From the IMG/VR virus record IMGVR_UViG_3300030104_000540, positions 1 through 60,033 of that record: a DNA stretch of 60,033 nucleotides. The stretch is one strand, 5' to 3'. Source of the stretch: a virus (lineage: Duplodnaviria > Caudoviricetes). Each line of letters starts with the position of its first letter. Position 1 is the stretch's first letter. The position numbers were made by a program, and so were the translations under genes. Under the pieces are notes generated by a model. It ran no database searches and was not told the origin of the DNA. It worked only from the letters and a program-made list of their open reading frames with translations. Shown here piece by piece: positions 1 to 6,405 of this stretch.

Positions 1-75
1 GGGGTACGTTACTTATGAGATACGGCATTATCTACGTCTAGCAGCTCCACCTCTAGCATAGCCTTTTTTCTTTTT
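1..75. repeat. 75-bp exact repeat, copy 1 (copy 2 at 56420-56494)
   Basis: Base-by-base identity of 1-75 with 56420-56494; first mismatch at 76 (g) vs 56495 (a). Confidence 0.97.
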
Positions 76-156
76 GCCTATGCCGCCACCCATCATCTTC
101 TTAGGTTTCATTGCTCCTCCACGAGCCATTCCTTTTTTCTTCTTGTGCATTGCCAT
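28..156 (-). CDS. 42-aa Lys/Gly/Met-rich basic peptide (MAMHKKKKGMARGG...YARGGAARRR)
   Basis: Manual translation; TAATG coupling to the next gene; homolog at 56447-56578 with mostly synonymous or conservative changes. Confidence 0.85.
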   Translation of the reverse strand: MAMHKKKKGMARGGAMKPKKMMGGGIGKKKKGYARGGAARRR

Positions 157-160
157 ATTT

Positions 161-565
161 TTATTTCCTTTTATTCATAATTTGTAATCCTTGTTTACCA
201 AACCTGTAACCAAAGGATGCACCAATGCTAATGTATAAACAGTTAGCAAACCAAGAAGGTGTGTTCGCATTTAAGAAATCAAACCCTTCTTTAACATATG
301 GTTGAGTCCAAGGTAGGAAACATCCAACCAATATACCACCAAAAATTATTGTCCAAAATTCATCTTTCCACGAACCTGCCATTTGTGCTGTAAGGCTCTG
401 TTCCATAAGCATAGAAGATGTAGCTTCAGTTTCGTATACTTTAGCTTCAGCTTTAGCACGAGCAACTTTTACTTCTGTCTCTGCTTTTTGTTTTTCCATC
501 TTGCCTTGCAGATAAGTTCCTGCTATATTGGCAATAGGACTTATGAGTGATGATAGTCCTAACAT
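161..565 (-). CDS. Membrane protein, possible holin
   Basis: N-terminal amphipathic segment, coiled coil, two hydrophobic segments after WKDEFWT. Confidence 0.6.
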   Translation of the reverse strand: MLGLSSLISPIANIAGTYLQGKMEKQKAETEVKVARAKAEAKVYETEATSSMLMEQSLTAQMAGSWKDEFWTIIFGGILVGCFLPWTQPYVKEGFDFLNANTPSWFANCLYISIGASFGYRFGKQGLQIMNKRK

Positions 566-819
566 TATGTTTTCCTCGTTGCTTTTCTTTTTCTACCTGA
601 TGCAGTTACAGACCATTTAACTTTCTTAGGTCCTGTTTTCTTTCTTGCTTCTGCTTTACTTATTCTTCCAGCTACAGCTTTAGGTCTACAAGCAGGGTAA
701 GGTCTTTTCTTTTTTTCGCTTCCTGACCTTCCACATTTCTTGCCTGTCTTAACATCTCGCCAATCTTCTTTGAACCATTTAGTTAAGCCACCTGTAGGCT
801 TTCTAGGCATAAGTGCCAC
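565..819 (-). CDS. Basic phage hypothetical protein (GGLTKWFKEDW...YPACRP)
   Basis: ORF in a tightly packed operon; motif typical of marine phage basic proteins. Confidence 0.75.
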   Translation of the reverse strand: MALMPRKPTGGLTKWFKEDWRDVKTGKKCGRSGSEKKKRPYPACRPKAVAGRISKAEARKKTGPKKVKWSVTASGRKRKATRKT

Positions 820-1342
820 CCCTAGCTTTATACGTTTTTACTAGCCATGCATTTGCATATGCTGATGGATATACTTTAAATTTTCTTTTTGCTTCTGCTT
901 TGACTGTAGAGTACAAAGATTTATTTTTAGGAACTGGTCCTGCACCTTTTTTCTTTTTTGTAATAAGTGCTCCGGGTTTAGCTTTAATAACTTTACTTAA
1001 AGTTTTAGCTTGACCTGCGTGAGCTTTACTTGCTTTTGTTAATTTACCTGCAACTTTTTTTATTGTTGACTTTGCTTTTGTTGCAAGTGTTCCTGCTTTA
1101 GCTTTGATGACACCTCTACCTATCAGTATATCTTTTTGTGTAGTCTTGCCGTCTCCACTTAAATCTGGAAAACCACCTCTACTAAAGCCTAAATGTTTCT
1201 GACCTTTTAAGCCTTCTACACCAAACACTTCTATAGCCATCTCTAATACTTTTCTTTTTTGTGTTGCAGTTAAGTTTCCAAATATTCTTGGTTGCTTTGC
1301 CATTCTAGCAGATAATCCTTTTCCTGATCTAGGTTTAGCCAT
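803..1342 (-). CDS. Lys-rich protein with EF-hand-like loop (DLSGDGKTTQKD) and C-terminal YPSAYAN motif
   Basis: ORF with GGAG SD; motifs read from the translation. Confidence 0.75.
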   Translation of the reverse strand: MAKPRSGKGLSARMAKQPRIFGNLTATQKRKVLEMAIEVFGVEGLKGQKHLGFSRGGFPDLSGDGKTTQKDILIGRGVIKAKAGTLATKAKSTIKKVAGKLTKASKAHAGQAKTLSKVIKAKPGALITKKKKGAGPVPKNKSLYSTVKAEAKRKFKVYPSAYANAWLVKTYKARGGTYA

Positions 1343-1353
1343 TTAACATCTCC

Positions 1354-1626
1354 TTACCATTTTACTTTATGTGACCAATACCTTGCACTAAATATATCAG
1401 GCTTGGCATCTTGTGCATTATGACGAGCATAGTAAGATTTCTTACGAGCTTTATCTTTTTTACTTGTAGGATTTTTTCCTGCACCTTTTACTCCTTGTTG
1501 ACCAAAGCGAATAATTTTTTCCTTACCACCCTTACACGCTTTCACTACATGTGATTTTGTAGGATGGTCAGGTGTTCGCTTTGGTTTATTACAAGCCATT
1601 TTAGATTTGTCAAGTTTAGCTGCCAT
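1354..1626 (-). CDS. Basic viral hypothetical protein (IRFGQQG...ARYWS)
   Basis: ORF; recognisable conserved viral motif pattern. Confidence 0.75.
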   Translation of the reverse strand: MAAKLDKSKMACNKPKRTPDHPTKSHVVKACKGGKEKIIRFGQQGVKGAGKNPTSKKDKARKKSYYARHNAQDAKPDIFSARYWSHKVKW

Positions 1627-1628
1627 AA

Positions 1629-1760
1629 CTAACCTTGAATAAATATGTGATAAATAAGTAAAGCTATGATAAGTAATTTACCATAGTCTAAATCAAATTT
1701 AGTACCTTCACCAAATTTCTTTTCCCACATTTCAAATTTAATTTTTTCCCAATCAATCAT
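1629..1760 (-). CDS. 43-aa membrane protein (MIDWEKIK...LLIIALLIYHIFIQG)
   Basis: Manual translation; ATGA overlap with upstream ORF, GGAG SD, fills the gap exactly. Confidence 0.7.
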   Translation of the reverse strand: MIDWEKIKFEMWEKKFGEGTKFDLDYGKLLIIALLIYHIFIQG

Positions 1761-1975
1761 GTTGGTTCTCCCTTAGTTCCTGTAGGGCTACCCATATATA
1801 CACATGTACTGTAACCATTTAAATATTGAGGGTCTTGTATTGTACTTGTTCTTACCTTATCTATATATTGATAGCACGTATCTTGTGATGTAAATGGAAA
1901 ATTTACCATTGGAAAATTTACCCATGTTGCACTATCTCCTAGTGCCCATAATATTGTTATAACCGGAATCCACAT
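1757..1975 (-). CDS. Small exported or membrane protein with two Cys
   Basis: Hydrophobic N-terminus, two Cys, operon context. Confidence 0.65.
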   Translation of the reverse strand: MWIPVITILWALGDSATWVNFPMVNFPFTSQDTCYQYIDKVRTSTIQDPQYLNGYSTCVYMGSPTGTKGEPT

Positions 1976-1978
1976 TTC

Positions 1979-2170
1979 TTAATCACCTTTCTGAGGAATG
2001 CAGTAAACTTTGAGGTAGACTTTATCACCTGCTTGTCTTTGGTGTAAGTCCTGTGCTCGTAGCTTCTGTGCATATCCAAGGCAAGTATCCAAATCATTGA
2101 AGTAGACATTTTCTTGTATCTCTGTTCCTTGTAGTAAGACGACTAACATCCAAACCATAGCTAGTGCCAC
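1979..2170 (-). CDS. Small exported protein with two Cys (C-terminal YCIP)
   Basis: Signal-peptide-like N-terminus; operon context. Confidence 0.65.
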   Translation of the reverse strand: MALAMVWMLVVLLQGTEIQENVYFNDLDTCLGYAQKLRAQDLHQRQAGDKVYLKVYCIPQKGD

Positions 2171-2301
2171 AAATTTGTGAGAGCATAATCATCAGCACAT
2201 CCACATATATCATTTAATAATCCCATTGCTACTGCGTATAATATAATAAATATGAAGAACGCACCTACTAGATATGTTATCCATTTAAATATGAGATACA
2301 T
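2161..2301 (-). CDS. 46-aa membrane peptide (MYLIFKWITYLVGAFF...CGCADD)
   Basis: Manual translation; fills the gap; start overlaps a -10 box so the start is uncertain. Confidence 0.45.
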   Translation of the reverse strand: MYLIFKWITYLVGAFFIFIILYAVAMGLLNDICGCADDYALTNLWH

Positions 2302-2328
2302 TGTACCACTGTATTTTTAAGATGTCAA
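2300..2328 (-). promoter_or_regulatory. Sigma70-type promoter
   Basis: TTGACA-N17-TACAAT on the - strand. Confidence 0.6.
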
Positions 2329-2624
2329 TCACTAAATTGTTTTTTTATACTTCTAACTACACTTTTAATATCAAAAGGTTCTTTATTAGGTCTATATGGA
2401 CATTGATATTGTCTAGGGCAAGGTCCTGCATCATATGGTACATACTCTCTATACTGTGTATTGTTTGCACCTACAAAGACACATACTCTTTGATTGTTCC
2501 CTAGTATCTGACTTGCTAATCTACAAGTCGTCATCTTCACATTGTCTTCTTTTGCTGAAGCAGTTGGAAGTAATAGTAATATTAGTAGGATTAAACTGAC
2601 ATACTTATTAGCCACATCATCCAA
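2325..2624 (-). CDS. Exported protein with four Cys
   Basis: Signal peptide LILLILLLLPTASA; four Cys. Confidence 0.65.
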   Translation of the reverse strand: MDDVANKYVSLILLILLLLPTASAKEDNVKMTTCRLASQILGNNQRVCVFVGANNTQYREYVPYDAGPCPRQYQCPYRPNKEPFDIKSVVRSIKKQFSD

Positions 2625-3070
2625 CCTAAACCACTTACACCTACTAAAGCCGCTAATCCCATAATAGTGTAATCTCTTATCTTACGTTGCTGTTCTTCTT
2701 TTGCGTAGATAGCCTTCTGTCTAGCTTTACGTAATCTACCTTCTTCTCTTAATAAATCATCCCATGCTTGTGTGCCATAGTGAGCTATTAAAAAATTTCT
2801 TAGTTCCTCTCTTTGTTTTTCTAGTTTCTTTTTAGCTGAAAAACTTTCTATTGCTACTTGCTCAATAGACCCATTAAATAATTTATCTAAAGCTGTAGGG
2901 TTATTAGCATTTCTATGTACATTATCTACATCACTAACTGCTGACATCCATTTGCCAAGCTCTGATGATAGGTCTTCAATTTCTTTGCCCACCATTATAG
3001 CTTTTTTTATAGCGTTATATGCTGTAGTCGCACCTGTAACGGCTGCTGACAATGTGATGGGGTCTATCAT
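2591..3070 (-). CDS. Coiled-coil protein with C-terminal TM helix (MIDPITL...)
   Basis: ORF with SD; architecture common in marine phage late regions. Confidence 0.75.
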   Translation of the reverse strand: MIDPITLSAAVTGATTAYNAIKKAIMVGKEIEDLSSELGKWMSAVSDVDNVHRNANNPTALDKLFNGSIEQVAIESFSAKKKLEKQREELRNFLIAHYGTQAWDDLLREEGRLRKARQKAIYAKEEQQRKIRDYTIMGLAALVGVSGLGWMMWLISMSV

Positions 3071-3080
3071 GTAAGCAGTC

Positions 3081-3362
3081 CTACTTAGATTTTTTCAAAT
3101 TATTTGTTACTTTTCCACCTGCAAAATAGTTATGTGGTTTTGCAAAACCTGCACCACCTTTAGCGTACCCTTTTTTCTTTTTAGGCATTCCACCCATAGC
3201 CATTCCTTTTACAGAAATACCAAAGCGTTTAAGTCTTGACAAACCTTCGCTTCTTGTCATGTTACCTGCATTGATTGCATCTCTTACAAAGTTTTTTATA
3301 ATGCCTATTTCTTTTCTTGTAAGTTCGCTAGTAGGCAAATTCATAATATCTCTTTCTGCCAT
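3081..3362 (-). CDS. Basic protein with MAMGG/YAKGG/HNYFAGG motifs
   Basis: C-terminus resembles 57812-58459. Confidence 0.75.
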   Translation of the reverse strand: MAERDIMNLPTSELTRKEIGIIKNFVRDAINAGNMTRSEGLSRLKRFGISVKGMAMGGMPKKKKGYAKGGAGFAKPHNYFAGGKVTNNLKKSK

Positions 3363-3366
3363 GTCC

Positions 3367-4014
3367 TTAACCTCCTCTAAATACTTTTCTAACTTTTAAA
3401 AAGTCACTCACGCTAATGTCTACCTGAGAAAATGCTTTTCTTATTCTTTCTTTGTTCCCAGTATTAATGATAGCCATTAATTTAGTTCTTCTAGCAGGTG
3501 ATATGTCTTGATATTCTCTTTTCATTTTTAATGATAGACCATCTGCACCTTTTTTTGTTGGTAGTTTACTAGGAGCAGTCCTACTCATCTGCGTTTTTTT
3601 AGCAGCGCCCATAGATTGTCCTGTTGTTCCACCTCTTGGTGAGTCTGCACTCTTTGTTTTACCAATAGAACCCTTTGGTCTAGCTGACTGTGAGCCTGAA
3701 CCTGTAATTTTTTTGTCTGCTTTCTTTGGAGCACTTGTCTTCTTTGCTTTTTTTGCTGCAGTTCCCATTGATTTAGCTTTTGTCTTCTTACTAGGTGCTT
3801 TTTCCTGTGTAACTTTTTTACCACCAGCAATAGTTCCCTCACTCTTTGCCATCTTAGTACTTTTTCTAATACGTATAGGCAGATCATAAACCTTTTCACC
3901 TGCTTTTGCCGCAGCTTTTGATTTAGGTTTAACCTGATCGCTGTAACTTTTACCTTTTTTCTTTTTCTTTATCATACTACTGATAAGTTTTTTTACTAAC
4001 TTTGTTGCTGCCAT
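3367..4014 (-). CDS. Lys/Ser/Ala-rich basic protein (histone H1-like composition)
   Basis: GGAG SD; composition; N-terminus resembles 53334-53723. Confidence 0.75.
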   Translation of the reverse strand: MAATKLVKKLISSMIKKKKKGKSYSDQVKPKSKAAAKAGEKVYDLPIRIRKSTKMAKSEGTIAGGKKVTQEKAPSKKTKAKSMGTAAKKAKKTSAPKKADKKITGSGSQSARPKGSIGKTKSADSPRGGTTGQSMGAAKKTQMSRTAPSKLPTKKGADGLSLKMKREYQDISPARRTKLMAIINTGNKERIRKAFSQVDISVSDFLKVRKVFRGG

Positions 4015-4027
4015 TATTTTATACTCC

Positions 4028-4234
4028 CTATTCGTGCCAACCTTCGGCTTTCATGGCATTCTCTACACGAGATAGAGAATAACGCACTCCTGTATCTTTA
4101 TAAATGAGTGCTCTAATGTAATGTACAGAGGAATGAGGTACATGAACTGCACGTAAGTCTCCATATTTACGTAAAGATTTGTACGTGTCTGACAAAATGT
4201 CATCCGTATATGTTAGTTTTACTGATTTTTTCAT
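4028..4234 (-). CDS. First gene of late arm, conserved hypothetical protein (variant A)
   Basis: Homologous to 58459-58668 (MKKSVKL, HxPHS, AMxAEGW). Confidence 0.8.
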   Translation of the reverse strand: MKKSVKLTYTDDILSDTYKSLRKYGDLRAVHVPHSSVHYIRALIYKDTGVRYSLSRVENAMKAEGWHE

Positions 4235-4361
4235 AGATGTCAACTATTATTTTAGTACAGAATGTACATTATACTGTATTACCAAGATTTTTTATACTTA
4301 TAATATGCTACATTTAAGTATTTATTTATTTTTAAAGTGTAACAGTTTAACTGTTATGGTA

Positions 4362-4389
4362 ATTATACTCTTTTTACGCAGCTTGTCAA
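4362..4389 (-). promoter_or_regulatory. Sigma70 promoter driving the late arm (variant A)
   Basis: TTGACA-N16-TATAAT; positional equivalent at 58803-58831. Confidence 0.75.
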
Positions 4390-4484
4390 CCCCAAAACAA
4401 TTAAATAAGTATAATTTTGTAGTATTTAGTGTGGCAATGTTGCAACTGTTGCATACTTGCAACACTATTTAATGGAGTTATCTA

Positions 4485-4553
4485 TGTGGTTACCACTTCA
4501 ATTTCCTAATCTGTGTATTTATACAAGCATACGTACCCCATAGGGTGGCATGG
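4485..4553. other. Conserved non-coding block, candidate genome terminus or packaging site (variant A)
   Basis: TGTGGTT, TTTCCTAATCTGT, ATACGTA and GGGTGGCA(TGG) shared in order with 58876-58954; lies between the divergent arms. Confidence 0.45.
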
Positions 4554-4817
4554 CTGTCGCCCTCCCCCTCAATCGTGGGCAGACGTGTGCATAATGTCCA
4601 GCCACACGCAGGAATTGAGCCGACCAAATGCTCATTCTCTCTGAGAATGAAAGTGCAATCAGACCAAAACCGACCCCTAACACTCAAACGGAGTGTTAAA
4701 GGTGGAGTTGCCGAGCCAAATGACCATCACAAAGTGATGAATTGGCAAAATTGCCGTTCAAACTACGTTTGGGAGTACAAAAAACCATACCCCCTCTTAA
4801 CAGCGAAGCTGTTACAA

Positions 4818-4831
4818 GTCCGATGTCGGAC
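4818..4831. promoter_or_regulatory. Palindrome GTCCGATGTCGGAC, copy 1
   Basis: 6-bp arms, 2-bp centre; six copies in the early region. Confidence 0.85.
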
Positions 4832-4894
4832 AGTCTGCATCATCAGAAACAGATCAATCATAGATAGATTCTCTATCAAAAACTGACGGCAAAA

Positions 4895-5016
4895 TGACTC
4901 CGTTTGAACATTTTTTTATGGTTTCATTTGAAATGTTTTAAGCACCCTGTAACGAAGTGAAGGGTGTTAAAACCTTTCAATTAAATGAAACCAAAAAAAT
5001 GTAACAAACGGAGTCA
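4895..5016 (+). promoter_or_regulatory. 122-nt imperfect hairpin occluding the SD of the first early gene
   Basis: TGACTCCGTTTG (4895-4906) pairs with CAAACGGAGTCA (5005-5016); inner stems TGGTTTCATTT/AAATGAAACCA and CACCCT/AGGGTG. Confidence 0.8.
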
Positions 5017-5019
5017 AAC

Positions 5020-5643
5020 ATGAAAAATTCAACAACAACCACTTCCAAATTAAACAACGGTTTAATTCAAAACTTAGCTAAAGCTAAGTCAAATGCTGAA
5101 AAAGGTTCAATTCTCTCTAGAGAGAATACACGTCTACTGTCTCTTGAAAAGAGACAGTTTGAAGCCCAAACTATGTTTGGAGGTTTTTGGTTTTCACTTG
5201 GAAAGCTCATCTCTGATGAGTTGAATGCAAGTGGAAAGTTGAGACTTTCCACAGCTCAGCTTAAAAAGCTGAATATCACTAAAATTGAACGTCAAAGACG
5301 TTCAGATGCTAAACTTTTCTTTGAAAATTATGATGCTTTACAATCTCTTACAAAGAGATTTAATAACGTATCAGCTTTGCTGAAAGAATTTAATAAACAG
5401 AACTCAAAGAGTTCTGAAACATCTACTAAAGTAGATGAAAAGTCATCTTCTAAAGAAGATGTTAAGTCCGATGTCGGACAAAGTGATAACAACGAAGTTG
5501 TTAAAGTAGGTACTTTTCAAGTACCTAATGTAAAGCAAATGGCTGAAGCCATTGTAATGCAAGCCATTGAAAATGGCTTAGAAGTTAAAGAGCTAAAAGC
5601 TCTTAACGCTGAAATTGCTAACCAAATCAAGGCTTTAGCTTAA
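5020..5643 (+). CDS. First early protein (variant A), putative DNA-binding protein
   Basis: GGAG SD; helical N-domain, S/K/E linker, helical C-domain; remote counterpart of 59273-59917. Confidence 0.75.
   Translation: MKNSTTTTSKLNNGLIQNLAKAKSNAEKGSILSRENTRLLSLEKRQFEAQTMFGGFWFSLGKLISDELNASGKLRLSTAQLKKLNITKIERQRRSDAKLFFENYDALQSLTKRFNNVSALLKEFNKQNSKSSETSTKVDEKSSSKEDVKSDVGQSDNNEVVKVGTFQVPNVKQMAEAIVMQAIENGLEVKELKALNAEIANQIKALA
5466..5479. promoter_or_regulatory. Palindrome GTCCGATGTCGGAC, copy 2 (inside first early gene)
   Basis: Exact copy, read as KSDVGQ. Confidence 0.85.
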
Positions 5644-5649
5644 CCATTA

Positions 5650-5710
5650 CTAACATAGATGTAATACATATTGAATGTATATGAAATATGTATTACATCT
5701 TAAATGTTAG
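5650..5710. other. Long intergenic stem-loop
   Basis: AGATGTAATACATATT/AATATGTATTACATCT 16-bp stem plus CTAACAT/ATGTTAG. Confidence 0.75.
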
Positions 5711-5726
5711 TTAGAAAGGAAAAATT

Positions 5727-6017
5727 ATGAAAATTACATACTGTAAACCTGACCCATTACTTGATCCAAAAAATCGCTCTTACTATGTTATACCTAAGTA
5801 TAACCATAGTAAAGTCCACAAAGACTTTGCTGACTACGTCAGCCAGAAAGTAGACGTAGTCTACGTTAATGGCGAAGCCATTGAGTATGGAACAATGGAT
5901 TACTACGTAAAAGATGTAGTTAGCAATTTCCCTGCTCAGTATGAGCAGTTAGAAGTTAATCAGCAAATGAAAGAATTTGCTCAATATGACACAGGATTTA
6001 GACCTGTTATGAAATAA
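5727..6017 (+). CDS. Early hypothetical protein
   Basis: AGAAAGGA SD; ORF. Confidence 0.7.
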   Translation: MKITYCKPDPLLDPKNRSYYVIPKYNHSKVHKDFADYVSQKVDVVYVNGEAIEYGTMDYYVKDVVSNFPAQYEQLEVNQQMKEFAQYDTGFRPVMK

Positions 6018-6023
6018 CAGTAA

Positions 6024-6037
6024 GTCCGATGTCGGTC
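6024..6037. promoter_or_regulatory. Palindrome copy 3 (GTCCGATGTCGGTC)
   Basis: One mismatch to the consensus. Confidence 0.75.
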
Positions 6038-6045
6038 TTAACAGC

Positions 6046-6078
6046 AAGGCTGTAGCAGTAATGTTACAGCCTTTTTTT
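6046..6078 (+). terminator. Rho-independent terminator
   Basis: AAGGCTGTAGCA-GTAA-TGTTACAGCCTT followed by a T tract. Confidence 0.85.
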
Positions 6079-6101
6079 ATGCCTAAAGAAAGGATACCAT
6101 T

Positions 6102-6305
6102 ATGAGAAATAAATATATACTATCAGTGTATGCAATGTTTGCTTATGCAATGGCTAACATTATCACAGGTTTTTATACATTATCATATGCAAATACCGTT
6201 GTATTTGCTCACATGCAACCATATGATGCGATTGTATGCACGATTAGTGCAATCTTTATTGCATGGGGTACTATGATAATAGGAGTTGTAGTGCTAAAGT
6301 ATTAG
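6102..6305 (+). CDS. Small two-TM membrane protein
   Basis: AAGGA SD; two hydrophobic segments. Confidence 0.65.
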   Translation: MRNKYILSVYAMFAYAMANIITGFYTLSYANTVVFAHMQPYDAIVCTISAIFIAWGTMIIGVVVLKY

Positions 6306-6366
6306 TAATATAACAATAAATAATATATATCTATTTATAGATATATTATTTATTTTATATATTACT
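6304..6366. other. AT-rich long inverted repeat
   Basis: AGTAATATA/TATATTACT outer stem and AATAAATAATATAT/ATATATTATTTATT inner stem. Confidence 0.7.
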
Positions 6367-6372
6367 TATTAA

Positions 6373-6386
6373 GTCCGATGTCGGAC
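6373..6386. promoter_or_regulatory. Palindrome copy 4
   Basis: Exact copy just upstream of the SD of 6406. Confidence 0.85.
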
Positions 6387-6405
6387 ATAAACAGAAAGGG
6401 TTATT

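Larger units (their letters stand above)
4632..6007. repeat. Dense array of short inverted repeats (hairpin field)
   Basis: More than 30 stems of 5-10 bp, mostly with 2-4 nt loops, checked by eye. Confidence 0.9.

Noticed and set aside
1-75. 75-bp repeat as the phage terminal repeat or an att site
   Set aside because: It lies inside coding sequence mid-operon, copy 2 is not at the window end, no integrase is present, and the length is k-mer-like
28-156. xxxGG as an exact adenovirus protease site
   Set aside because: The adenoviral consensus is (M/I/L)xGG; most motifs here have the hydrophobic residue one position further away, and no such protease was recognised
4818-4831. Palindromes as chromosomal parS sites
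   Set aside because: Neither palindrome resembles TGTTTCACGTGAAACA and no ParA or ParB was recognised
4179-4886. ORFs 4179-4472, 4490-4687 and 4545-4886
   Set aside because: No SD, not conserved in variant B, and they overlap promoter, terminus block and hairpins; probably non-coding
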